NCBI GenBank assembly: GCA_964016885.1
Contig: OZ024758.1
Span: forward strand, 20,522,001-20,586,000
Source of the DNA: Eledone cirrhosa
Lineage: Eukaryota
DNA: 64,000 nt
Reading direction: 5' to 3'
The first letter of the stretch is position 1; the number at the start of each line of letters is the position of its first letter. Made by a program: the position numbers and the translations under genes. Of this stretch, positions 15,874 to 28,989 are shown piece by piece. Below the pieces are notes generated by a model. The model was not told where the DNA came from, searched no databases, and saw only the letters and a program-made list of their open reading frames with translations.

Positions 15874-16118
15874 CTTTTGAAATATAATGTTAGATCATCA
15901 TAACAAGTGTTTGTAAATGTCAACAAATAATCCAGCATAACTATCTTCGCTCGTTGTTGATTTAATTGTGGCTAGACAACAATAACGTCATCTAGAATGT
16001 TATCAATGTTTCCATTGTCAACTTCCATTCAGAACTAATTAAAGAAAACAAACATTCTTTCCCACAAAATTTCCACATATCCTTCATCGAGACAATGAAA
16101 AGTGTCAACGATAGCTAA

Positions 16119-16308
16119 TAATTGTTTCTACCTTTGGTACAAAGCCAGCAATTATTCCAATGCATTACTGGTACTTTATTATATCGACCCCGTAAGGATG
16201 AAAGACAAAGCTAACCACGACACGATTGTAACTCAGAGCATAAATGGCCATAACTCTAAACTGCAAAGCATGGTGTATGACGATCTACCGAGTGTGAGAT
16301 TCCACCGT
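16119..16308 (-). mobile_element. tRNA-derived SINE copy (diverged)
   Basis: Core atcgaccccgtaaggatgaaag and tail attgtttcta. Confidence 0.8.
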
Positions 16309-16770
16309 TAATAATAAAAGAGATAATAATAGAAGACAAAGAATATGCATGTTACACGTGCAGCTTAATAAAGTGTACATTGTGTAAAATGGTTGGTTTA
16401 GGCGAATTGTTAAAGTGTTGCTAAGTTCATTCAAGATATTAGTCTAAAAGTTGTAAAAAGTCATGGATGAAGTGTGTTTCAGAAACAAATAGCCTGTGTA
16501 ATTTTCAATATCTTTATGGCGTATATAACTAATAATTAATGAATCCGCTACTAACACAGATGTATGCTTTTAAACGTGGTTTGCAACGATGACATGCTTG
16601 AATTAGTTTACATAGAAATTTATAACTGACAACTGAAGATTAACTCGCGTAGTAAGATTTATGTATCGGATTACATATTGATAGATGTACTATAGGGTTT
16701 CTTAGATTGTGTAAACATTTTCCTACTTTGGTTTGTTCGCTCCAATTGTACTAATAAAACCATATAAAAA

Positions 16771-16820
<50 letters not shown>

Positions 16821-16857
16821 AAATGTGTGTAATCCTTGGTACAGTTAGGTATATTAA

Positions 16858-17140
16858 GGCAGGGGTGAAGGAAAAAATGGCTTCACTTGTGCTATGAACA
16901 AATTTATTTTCTGCATAAAATCCAAAAATTATATTTTTCGGATTAGAAAAACATTTTTTCTTAAATAAAATTTTATAAATTAAGACTTAATTTTAAAATT
17001 TTTATAAATTAAGACTTAATTTCTAAAAAAATTTTAAGAAAAGATTTTTTTCTAATCCGAAAAAAATTCTTTTGGGATTTTGTGAAGAAAATAAATTTGT
17101 TGAAAGCAAAAGTGAAGCCATTTTTTTCTTCCCCCCTGCC
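16858..17140. mobile_element. Palindromic MITE (Kolobok-like termini)
   Basis: GGCAGGGG..CCCCTGCC with ~115-bp imperfect inverted arms; TTAA on the left, TTTA on the right; no hammerhead found. Confidence 0.6.
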
Positions 17141-17164
17141 TTTATATATATATTTATATATATA

Positions 17165-17234
<70 letters not shown>

Positions 17235-17262
17235 CGTGCGTGTGCGCGTGTGTGTGTATGTG

Positions 17263-17301
<39 letters not shown>

Positions 17302-17464
17302 AAAATAGATAGAACGCCGACGGCTGAGCTCCGGAGACAGACGACGGGGTCCTAATTATTTTCCAACTACCCTAAGTATCGATTACTCTGGTGCGTTATG
17401 GTCCATCCGGTTTCTTACCAAACTTTATTTTTGATATACATGGATTTTAGTCTTCAAATGTTTA

Positions 17465-17554
<90 letters not shown>

Positions 17555-18078
17555 TTGCGTTTATGTGTGTGTATGCGATATTAAAATAGTAAATTTAAGG
17601 AAATAAAATAAGAAATATTAAATCAGATTTGATGATATGTCACGGGCAATATTTCGCATTTCCTCTAATGTAACATGTTCCATAATATATCAGTCACGCA
17701 TGCATTAATGTGTTCATGGTTAAGAGCATATGCAGTTTGGTGGTTATTCATATCACGACAGATAAACAAGGTTGGCAAAGGCCTGGAAATGAAATACAAA
17801 CAATTTTAGTTTTATTAACGCGCTCAAAATATGATCTGAATATATAAGAGAAACTCTACAGACATTTATCAATCATATCGTTACCTAACCCATATTTATC
17901 AGAAAACACAATTTTATAACTATCCCTTAATTATCTTGGTACACATTCCTGAGTGGTGATTTCAAAGGATAATGTATTTATGTATATCTACATTACATTC
18001 GCACGCGTACTCGAATATGCTTGTATATGTAGATGTATATAAATAAATATGTTTATTTATATATATATATATATATAT

Positions 18079-18170
18079 AACGAAGGAATTGTGGTAAGGA
18101 GCAAGTATGACCCCGACGGCAGAGCTCAAGCTGTTTCGACTTCACCTATGTCGTCGGGGTCATACTTGTT

Positions 18171-18174
<4 letters not shown>
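18079..18174. repeat. Family D pLTR end with short fold-back
   Basis: Minus strand reads GAC ataggtgaa GTC-GAAACAGC-TTGAGCTCT-GCCGTC^GGGGTC; arms ~18098-18118 and 18154-18174. Confidence 0.8.
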
Positions 18175-18240
<66 letters not shown>

Positions 18241-18608
18241 AGTCCACTTGAATATATATCTATTGATGGTATACAAGCTCCTACATAAATTGGTATAATT
18301 TCACCCAAATTGTAGGAATCCTATAATGAAACGAGACGTCCGTCTGGGAAGAGATATATTAGATGTGTCTCATATGAAATTATACAGCCAATTTTCCACG
18401 CAATACTTCTAGTTAGCACCCCGAACGCATAATTGGGAATATAATCACTTATTTCCTAATGTTTGTTGAGTGAGTTGGAATTTGGCCGGAGTATCGCTAA
18501 AAAGCCTTCTCCGATATTGTATTTATGTATATATATATATATTCTGCGTCACTCCTATGCGGAAAAAGTACGTTGAGTGCTTGAATTGAATTGCATCAAT
18601 GTTTACCT

Positions 18609-18643
<35 letters not shown>

Positions 18644-18648
<5 letters not shown>

Positions 18649-18842
18649 AACCAGTAAGACCCCGACAGCTGAGCTCAAGCCGTTTCGACGGCTAATTCTG
18701 GACTCAGTCCAGAATTAGCCGTCGAAACGGCTTGAGCTCAGCTGTCGGCGTCTTACTGGTTCCTATTACCCACTCTACTACCTCAAGTATTGAGTACTTT
18801 GGTGCGTTATGGTCCACCTGGTTCCTTACCACATTTCCTTCG

Positions 18843-18846
<4 letters not shown>
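18644..18846. repeat. Family D pLTR end with near-perfect 61-bp-arm palindrome centred at 18705
   Basis: Each arm holds the hammerhead 3' half GAAACGGC-TTGAGCTCA-GCTGTC^GG(G/C)GTC. Confidence 0.88.
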
Positions 18847-18880
<34 letters not shown>

Positions 18881-19450
18881 TATAAAGTATGCCCATAGAA
18901 TCATTTGGTAATATATGTACACCATTTCCTCTCCCAATTACCATAATTAACCACACAAACAATCAAGTAGACCAGGCTATAAGATTAAATGGCACCTATG
19001 AAGAAATAGTAGATAAATAAACGACAGCAATCTCTTCGCGGCCAACCGCCATAGAATTTTTACCCAACATTTCAACAGCAAGTGGAAATCCATTAAATAT
19101 ACCGTCAACCATACACACTTAAGTATAAAATTAAAGTTAGAAGAAATGCACATACACATACCAGGATTACATTTCTACCTTAGGGTTTTGTTCGCATTTG
19201 GAATAATCCAAGTAAGGATAAAATCTCGAGCTTCGAACTCATCAGGAAACAAACTCGTTTGGACAATGGATTTTCTTAAGTGATATCCGCCAGAAACGAA
19301 ATAAAAATGACTAAGAAGTGTGAAGTGGCAGTGCTCAAGTCAGAAAGAATGTGATTGGTTGCTTATGGCGAGTGGACTGGTTGCTAGAAAGCGCAGTCCA
19401 ATATTGCGCAATTTGTTCCTCAACCTTATGGGAGATTATTAAATATAAAG

Positions 19451-19545
<95 letters not shown>

Positions 19546-19579
19546 CATATTTATTTGTACATGTATATAGATAAACATG

Positions 19580-19612
<33 letters not shown>

Positions 19613-19691
19613 ACAAATATATCTATACTAATATGTATAGTATGTATATTCTCACACATACACATACACATACATACATTAATATATCTAT

Positions 19692-19752
<61 letters not shown>

Positions 19753-19776
19753 TATATATATAAATATATATATATA

Positions 19777-19899
<123 letters not shown>

Positions 19900-19991
19900 C
19901 TTACATGAATCAAAGTTTAGTTTAAATCATTTATTTGCTTACAGTTGTTTCCTCCAAACAGAGGTTTGGATGTGAAAAATCACTAAATAGC

Positions 19992-20038
19992 TGCTCCGAA
20001 GAACCCAAACCTCGGTTTGGAGGAAACAATTGTAAGCA
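19992..20038 (+). ncRNA. Hammerhead family F (U4C), right arm of fold-back 19905-20069
   Basis: tgct-CCGAAGA-ac ccaaacc tc ggtttgg ag-GAAAC AATT GTA^agca. Confidence 0.78.
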
Positions 20039-20241
20039 AATAAATGATTTAAACTGAACTTTGAATCATTTATGTTCTATATAACTGCTCTGTAAAACAA
20101 CTGATGTTATTACATTGAGCTATTTATCTTACTGGTAATAAGATAGTAATGAATTACTGTCTTTCACTATTTAGAGTTTAAATATATATAACCATAAAAA
20201 GGTTTTATTATATACATAACCATAAATAGTATCCTTAATAC

Positions 20242-20387
<146 letters not shown>

Positions 20388-20607
20388 AACCTCTGGACTA
20401 TATATATATAAGGTTTATGTTTCATATATAAGGAAATTGTTCTTAACTTATCGGGTGCAGGTCATTCATCAGGTAAATGAAATAGAAGGAAGATAGATGT
20501 GAATGTAAAATGACACCGAAAAATAAACCGTGCGTCAATCAGCCATTTTCTGGAGATGATTCATATATAAGAATTGATTTATATATTTATATGTATGTGC
20601 ACATGTG

Positions 20608-20760
<153 letters not shown>

Positions 20761-20919
20761 TATATATACTTGTATGTGTGTGCACATGTGTATTCATATG
20801 ATATATATATATATATATATATATAGTAATAATAATAAATTTGAAGTCTAAAATCCAAAGAGGGCTCGATATGGATAAATATATATCAAATGTATAAGAA
20901 CCTTAGAGCAAATACTTTT

Positions 20920-21025
20920 TAAAATAACAGATTAAATTTTAAGCAAAGAATCGCTGCTTTCTTCAGAAGATCCCGTTAAGGGTGAAAGCAGCGATTCTTT
21001 TCTGAAACCTTAATCTGTTATTTTA
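20920..21025. repeat. Family B fold-back
   Basis: Arms 20920-20961 and 20984-21025. The spacer is the CAGAAGA core plus stem II; the + strand triplet is mutated to CUG. Confidence 0.8.
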
Positions 21026-21029
21026 ATAA

Positions 21030-21091
<62 letters not shown>

Positions 21092-21121
21092 GAATGAGTG
21101 TACATGTCTTATGTAAATGTT

Positions 21122-21189
<68 letters not shown>

Positions 21190-21606
21190 GTGTCTGTGGA
21201 TATCTGTCCTTGCGTGCACACATATATTCGTATGTAATACAGAAAGAGATTATGTATAAATCTAAATATATGTATCAAATTTTATATATGTAAATATGTT
21301 CGAAATAATTGCAATTTACTTAATGTGCGCAATATATGCATTATTAGATCCCAAAATAATAAAGTGCATCAGTTCACTAACTAAAAAAAAATAATATGAC
21401 AAGCTTAAAAGTAACATGCATTTAACGAGAGTGCAAATCACGTTTGATTCCACCACGATTGTTGAAACTTTGATGTATTTTATTTAAATGGCATATTAAA
21501 TGACATATTTATCAATGCCAGTACCGAATTCTGTATATATATATATGTATATATATATAAATGTATATAGATATATAGATATATATATATAGAGAGAGAT
21601 AGAAAG

Positions 21607-21687
<81 letters not shown>

Positions 21688-21747
21688 TAAATATATATAT
21701 AGATATATATAGATATATATTCATATAGATAGATGTAATATATATAT

Positions 21748-21794
<47 letters not shown>

Positions 21795-21821
21795 ATACAC
21801 GCACACACACACACATATATG

Positions 21822-21864
<43 letters not shown>

Positions 21865-21885
21865 ATACACGCACACACACACACA

Positions 21886-21924
<39 letters not shown>

Positions 21925-22830
21925 ATATATACATCTATATTTCTATATTCGTTACATATTTTCTCGTTCAATTAGCAATATCCATTTCCCGTGTTCTTCA
22001 TTTATTCGATTACATCTACTCTGAGCAAATAAAATTACTTATAAAAAGCAGTGATATTGGTTTTCAAAGGTTCTCCTCTTTATATCAGTTTAATAATTAT
22101 GTTCTTCCCTGATCTAACGAGAAACTAATTTAATTATATATGCGTAATACAAATTGTATTTTTGCTACAAATTTTCTTTAATCTACATATCATACATAAT
22201 GTGTAATGATAGCATAGAATAATTAGGTGTTTCTAATGAATATATATATGTACATAGAGCAGCAATGAATTTTGATGATAAGATGAATTATTTGAAATAG
22301 CGCATGTTGGATTTACATGTCAGTGCTTACGAATTCTTCCTATACCTGCAAAATTCAGGAAATTCGAAAGCAAGGTCATTATAACTTTGATAAGAACGTA
22401 CATTTAAATTCCATACTTATTTTGACTAACCTCCATTTAAAAAGTTCTGAACTACATTACAAAAACTGTGAAACGAATGCGTGTGCAACAACAGACACTC
22501 GTTCACATACGCAAACACATACACACGTACACACAAGTCTAAAATATAAGTCCATTAACAAATATGCGAACATTATATATATATACATATATATATATAT
22601 ATACATATATATATATTGTTATATTTGGGGAGGGTCATATTTGCGTAATATTGCCAGAATTAATAACAGAACACACTCACTGTTTGGTTGGTTTTCGCTT
22701 CTCGCTGTCTTTTATATATATATATCTGCGATCTAACTTACTCGGTCCTCAATGTTGCCATTGACTGACCGGCGGTCAAAAATAATACAGATACAATATA
22801 GACAAACACATATATATAGTTTACATAATT

Positions 22831-22872
22831 TACATAAATCTTTCGTTGCACATCTGCAACATCGTCAGTGGT
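22831..22872 (-). ncRNA. Hammerhead family C in the 3' UTR of the GIY-YIG PLE
   Basis: acca-CTGACGA-t-gttgca gatg tgcaac-GAAAGATTTA^tg; stem II covaries with 48746-48788; stem I weak. Confidence 0.75.
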
Positions 22873-23140
22873 TTTATATTCATTGTTCCTCCTGTTGTGT
22901 TGTATGTCTACGCCATTTTTTTTGTTCAGTCTGTCTATATATTTATTTATTTATTTGCTTGTTTGTTTATCTTATTTTATTTTGTCTTCTTTGCGCATGC
23001 GTTTGCGTGTGTGTATAGTGTTATGTGTGATGTGTGACTAGTGTGTATAGTGTTGTGTCTGCTGGGTGACTAGTGTGTGTTTATGTGCTTGTGTATGTAT
23101 TTATTTATCTTATTTTATTTTATTTTATTTACTTATTTAT

Positions 23141-24235
23141 TTATACTTCTCTTAGGTCAGTGTTGTTTGTTTGGGTGTTGTTGTTGTTCCACTCATTCTT
23201 TCTGTTTAGCTTTGGTCTTCTAATTTCTATTTCACTGGCCTCTCTGATTTGCCTATCTGCTGGGTCATTCCTATATTTAGATATTATTCTAATTTCTATG
23301 TTGTCTATGTTACCGTCATGTTGTCTAGCATGTTCGTATAGTACTGACCCGTTTTTCGTCCTTTTAGTTCCCCCCAGTGTTGGTCTATCCTTTCACCTAT
23401 GCTACGAGCTGTCTCACCTATGTATGTTGTTGTCGTGTTTCTGCAAGTACCCTCTGTACATCTTATGCTATAGACTACGTTTCTAGTTTTACAGTTTATC
23501 CGGGGGTTCACCTTACATATGATACATTTCCTATTGGTACAGTGGGTTTTCTTAAAAGGGTAGGTTTTGCTGATCAGGGATTTTATGGTGGTTCCTGGCT
23601 TTTCTACCACCTTTATTTTTAAGTGGGTCTTTCTCAGGGCCTTTCTACACTGGTTAGCTAATTTCCCTCCAGGGGTGGCGTCCACAAACATGACACTCTG
23701 ATATCTCTGGTTGTCGTACCATGATGTGGCCTTCCCTATCTTATGTCTAGCCCTATCTAAGCTATTCCATGATTTGCTCCTGTATAGTGGGCAAATTCCT
23801 TTCATGTCCAGTTCTATGAGGGTCTTATACTTTTCCATGGCTCCTTCGTATACTCTGACTCTGTCTCTTTGGTTGTAGCCAGAGAACTGCATGCGGTTGA
23901 TGAAGTGTTGGATGTGTCCTTCCATTTCTGTTGGGTCGCACATGCTGGACACATTCTTCATCACTCGTACCAAATCTGCGATCAGAATATTAAACTTAGC
24001 ACTACTGGACATTGCTGAGTTTTTGAGTATCAGGTATTTGGAGGCCATGGGTTTAGCATAGTGTGAGTGGAGAATTTGGGCTCTCTCGTCTATAGTGTTA
24101 ATCCAGAGTTCTGTGTCTAATACAGGTAGTCTATTGTTAGGGTGTTTGGAAGGGAAGTCTATAGTTACAGTTATACTCTGGTGTATGGAATTAGCTATCT
24201 GCTGGATGCTTTCCATCGTGCTACGTTCTAAATTA

Positions 24236-24239
<4 letters not shown>
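23141..24239 (-). pseudogene. PLE RT-thumb/GIY-YIG ORF remnant with one frameshift near 23350-23375
   Basis: After the shift the frame reads SVLYEHARQH..RQIREASEI..LNRKNEW..*, a typical PLE endonuclease C-terminus; stop at 23141-23143. Confidence 0.85.
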
Positions 24240-24272
<33 letters not shown>

Positions 24273-24310
24273 GTATCTATATATATATATAAATATGTAT
24301 ACACACACAT

Positions 24311-24344
<34 letters not shown>

Positions 24345-24345
<1 letters not shown>

Positions 24346-25257
24346 ACGAACGGAATGTGGTAAGGAACCAGATGGACCATAACGCACCATAGTACTCAAT
24401 ACTTAGGGTAGTAGAGTGGGAAATAGGAACAAGTATGACATTCGCGGTCTAGGTTTTACTACTGATTCTCCCATATCGGAATTCGTTGGGTTTATAAGCC
24501 TGATGGATGGCTTACGCTAGAACTCGGATGTGTGGTCCTTCAGTGTGAAGTAAGGAGTCCGTGGGTCTAGTGGTTCAGTGCGGCTGGCGACCCCGAGGCT
24601 GGAGGTAATTTGTTGTCCATCTCGATGTATGTGCTCGATGCTTGAGTGGTTAGCCTTGTTGTAGGTGGAGTTTAGACTGCTCCTGATCAGTGTTTGGTAT
24701 CTGTCGGGCTTGACGAAGTAGAGGTTACCAGTTTTGTCCGATTGCACCATGATGTCGTTAATTTGCTACGGAGTTTTTGTAGTAATATGTTGTGTCTGGG
24801 TTTGAATTTAATGCTCTTGACAAGTTGGAATAGGTCATTCTCGAAGGGTGAGAGCATAGGGTTCGCAGGGGGAGAGTTGTAGGTATTAAATCCTAATCTC
24901 TCCTCGGTATCGAAGTCCCGATTTTCGCAATATCTGTCGTAGAAAAATAGTTCTCCATCTTAGTCTTTTCGCAATGAGGTCGATGTTTTGCCTGAGCCTC
25001 CGAAGGTAGAGTTTTCTCGGTGGGACTGGGATGTTCTTGGTGGAAAAGTCGATGTTGTGTTTTCGCATGGTGCAGGTGAAAGAACTTGAGCTTAGCGGAA
25101 AAGTCTGGATAAGGCGTGGTAGTGTCAGACAGTGCTCTACTACGGAAATAGGAGCTAGATAACGAAGGAAATGTGGTAAGGAGCCAGATGGACCATAACG
25201 CACCAAAGTACTCAATACTTAGGGTACTAGAGTGGGTAAAAGGAACAAGTATGTCCC
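24345..25257 (-). mobile_element. Internally deleted PLE (family D) bounded by ~95-bp direct repeats (pseudo-LTRs), carrying a degenerate ORF N-terminus
   Basis: Direct repeats 24345-24439 and 25161-25257. ACCATG at 25068 starts MRKHNIDFSTKNIPVP..KRLRWR; frameshifted pieces read FNTYNSPP..FENDL, SDKTGNLY and YFTLKDH..RLINPTNSDMG. Microsatellite on both sides. Confidence 0.8.
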
Positions 25258-25354
25258 TATATATATATAAATATATATCTATACATATATATATACTATC
25301 ATGATATGGAACAAGGGTGCAATGTTGCATCATACCATATTTAAAAACATATGA

Positions 25355-25437
25355 CATATGTTCCTCTATCGCTCAGCTCGAGGCAATATCTATTATTGAT
25401 CGAACCTGCCTCTGTAATCGAAAGCTCGTCAGATATG
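25355..25437 (-). ncRNA. Family G-related hammerhead remnant
   Basis: catat-CTGACGA-gct..gaggca..tgcctc..agc-GATA..atatg; 3' half degenerate. Confidence 0.5.
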
Positions 25438-25588
25438 TTCAGTACATGAGTTCGTTTCCGATTCTACCATATATATTTATTCGATATATAATAGATCGGT
25501 TCTTATATATTTGATATATATTTATCCTTATCGAGCCTCTTTGGATTTTAGTCTTCAAATGTATTATTATTACTATATATATATACAT

Positions 25589-25710
<122 letters not shown>

Positions 25711-26362
25711 TACATATATATTTATTTATATATATATATATATTTATATATATACTATTCAATAGATAATTTCTTGATTCGTGAATATCTCGGCTGATTC
25801 TCACTTCTTCGGCGAAGTTTATTCCCATTCCGAGATGAAAATATAACTAACAACATTTAAGAGATTGTTGTCGTTGAAAATTAGAACTGATTATGAAATA
25901 AATAATTCGGAGACGTCATACGTTTCGTAGTTTTCTGAATATTGCATAAATATGTCTGATATTATTTACAAGACTTCCTGGAGATTATGAAATGATATTT
26001 GAATATTATAATTATGTCTTTATAGCGAAATTACTCATAATTTAGTTCTTAATATTTATACCATTAAATAAGTTAGTTATAACTTTCATTTGAATGGCGT
26101 CTCAGGTATATGTAAACAAATATGTAGAACTTTCACGCATATGTTTATCATACCAAGACGTTAAACACAAATTCCATAGATTAGACATTCATTGGCTCAT
26201 TTCTTCATTTTTATTGAGTATTCAATACCATATTTCGTAAGCACATGCTTTTCCTATATTTCCACAATATAGTTTGCTGTCCTGATAAGGAAGCATATAT
26301 TAATGCGTTAGTTTATCATAGAGATATACAAATCAACAACGAGCTGTCCAATTATTTTTCAC

Positions 26363-26400
<38 letters not shown>

Positions 26401-26556
26401 ATGTATATATATATACACACAGTTTTTTTATTTGGTTTGTTGTTTATTCAACAAAGTTAATTTTACAGCAGATTAGAACCACTCAACGGTTATTATCCGT
26501 ATATTATGAATATCAATAATATTAATAAAGGGAAAATATCTTTATAAAACCATGTT

Positions 26557-26617
26557 TATTTTATTATACGTATTTCAAGTGTATTAATATTTTAGCACGC
26601 TTTCGTCAGATAAAATA
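26557..26617 (-). ncRNA. Hammerhead family E, intact core
   Basis: tattttat-CTGACGA-aagcgtgctaa aata ttaatacactt-GAA-ATACGTAT-A^ataaaata; perfect 8-bp stem I, palindromic stem III. Confidence 0.85.
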
Positions 26618-26686
26618 TAATAATTGGTGTGACATAAGTTTATGTGAATTCATGTTATAATTTCAGTGAAGATAGACTATCTGGTC

Positions 26687-26737
<51 letters not shown>

Positions 26738-27190
26738 TGTGTGTGTGTGTGTGTTTATGTATGCGTGTGTATAGGTAACGCAGTATATATAATCCTGTTT
26801 CACTGAATATGCTAAGTCATTTGTAATTAATACTTGCAGTCGAATTATTATGTAAACACAGATATATGCATCTTTAGTTTTAATCGTCATAAAGAAATTA
26901 CCAACCTGATGTATTATGAGTTTCCATATGTGTTAATCCGTCACAGTGTGAAAAAACAGGACATATATGTGCATACATGACCATGCGGGGACACATACAT
27001 TTGCATACCAATAATTTATGCCATGCTTATATATATATATATATGATGACAATATCAAGCTAAGTTACTTACCACATATCACATACGCTGTTACACCTGG
27101 TTTGTGTAGACAGATTTGTGTCATAATATATATATATTTTATATATATATATATATAAGCTTTCTTCTTGATAGATTTACAATGTTTTTT

Positions 27191-27407
27191 GGATTGGCAG
27201 TATCGGTAGAGGGTTGGACGCCATGCTTTGCAGCATAGAGTTATGGCCTTTTATGATCGGAGTTCAAATCCGCCCGAGGTTAACTTTGCCATTCATCCTT
27301 ACGGGGTCGATAAAATAAAGTACCTGTAATACACTGGTTTCGATGTAATCGACTCCCCCCCCCCCCCCAACAAATTGCTGACCTTGTGCCTATATGAGAA
27401 ACCATTA
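27191..27407 (+). mobile_element. tRNA-derived SINE copy
   Basis: ggattggcagtatcggtag..gttcaaatcc..catccttacggggtcgataaaataaagtacc. Confidence 0.85.
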
Positions 27408-27749
27408 TTTACCAGTCGTTATTCAGAAAGGTTAGATGACGCCACTTACTGTATGATTACCTACAACAAAGTAACCTGCAGCATATCTGAAACCACCCGT
27501 TTTGAGGATGTAACTACAAAGCCAGCACTAATTATCACATTATTTTACTTTCCCAGATACTGTATTGTTCAGTAACAAAATTTGCATTCGTAAATTTTGT
27601 AAGATGACATTAGTTTATCACATGGTGTGTTAGAAATATCCTCCAATATATCCACCAGCATTCAAAGGTATCTACTAATAGTCACCACTTGATTCAACCA
27701 ATTGATCTGACTCACACTGATGTTTGGCACATAACGAGCCAAATACACG

Positions 27750-27834
<85 letters not shown>

Positions 27835-28405
27835 CTGGTTTTTATCAGAATGTGTATACTTATGGGTACGGTTAATCACTTTCGTTGTGTGTATTCAATA
27901 TCACCTTTATATTCTAGTGTATTTGTCCATTATGCTAGACTACATATGTGTGTTCTTATATTTAAACAGCTGGTTTTATGCGTACATCGCTATGGACTTG
28001 TGTATAACTTAAATACATATTCGTCGTCACGAATCTCTATGTGTTTGTGTGCACATAATTATTACATCGTCCTGAGAGTGGAGTGTGTAAATGTCTGTGC
28101 AACACAAGTGTCTGCTGACTGACAATATTGGTAGAGTTAGTGATAAATCAATAGTTTTCATGATATATGTGAACCGACTTGGTCTACAACATATTTCAGT
28201 CAACCTTAGAAGCCTGTCTGTCTCTAATATCTAACTGTGTGATGTTTGACAGAAACGAACGTTTATAGCACAATGAGATATGTCAAACTCAAAGACTCAT
28301 AAGAAACACACAGAAAAAAACACACACGCAAGCACACATGTACATGCACACACACACACACACACACACAACCGGTTATATATGAAAACATACATATGTG
28401 AAGCC

Positions 28406-28443
<38 letters not shown>

Positions 28444-28487
28444 TATATATATATATATATTTATATATATATTTATATATATATATC

Positions 28488-28631
<144 letters not shown>

Positions 28632-28785
28632 ATATATATTATATACATATACATATATGTATATATATTTATTTATTTATTTATATATTTATATTTATAT
28701 ATATATATATATACGCACACATATATTTGTGCGTGTGTATGCATGTGTATATTTATGTATATATACCTTCTATATGTATGTATAT

Positions 28786-28850
<65 letters not shown>

Positions 28851-28932
28851 TATATATATTTACACACAAATAAGTGTGCGCGTGTTTGCATATAAATATA
28901 TATATTTATGTATATATATATTCTATGTGTAT

Positions 28933-28989
<57 letters not shown>

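Larger units (their letters stand above)
22615..24239 (-). mobile_element. 5'-truncated Penelope-like element: RT C-terminus, Cys-rich linker, GIY-YIG endonuclease and 3' UTR with hammerhead
   Basis: TIDFPS..LPVLD, thumb region, C-x4-C-x2-C-x7-C linker, NVVYSIRC..YIGETARSIGERIDQH. 3' terminus (+ strand ttgttatatttggggagggtcat) abuts (TA)n and matches the family-C ends at 13850, 14345, 48592 and 2888. Confidence 0.9.

Noticed and set aside
23141-25068. N-terminal and C-terminal PLE ORF pieces read as one element or a spliced gene
   Set aside because: They are separated by a family D pLTR and microsatellite, the RT core is absent, and the 3' termini belong to different families, so these are two insertions.
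27191-27290. tRNA genes from A/B boxes
   Set aside because: No cloverleaf; they are followed by SINE core and tail in multiple diverged copies.
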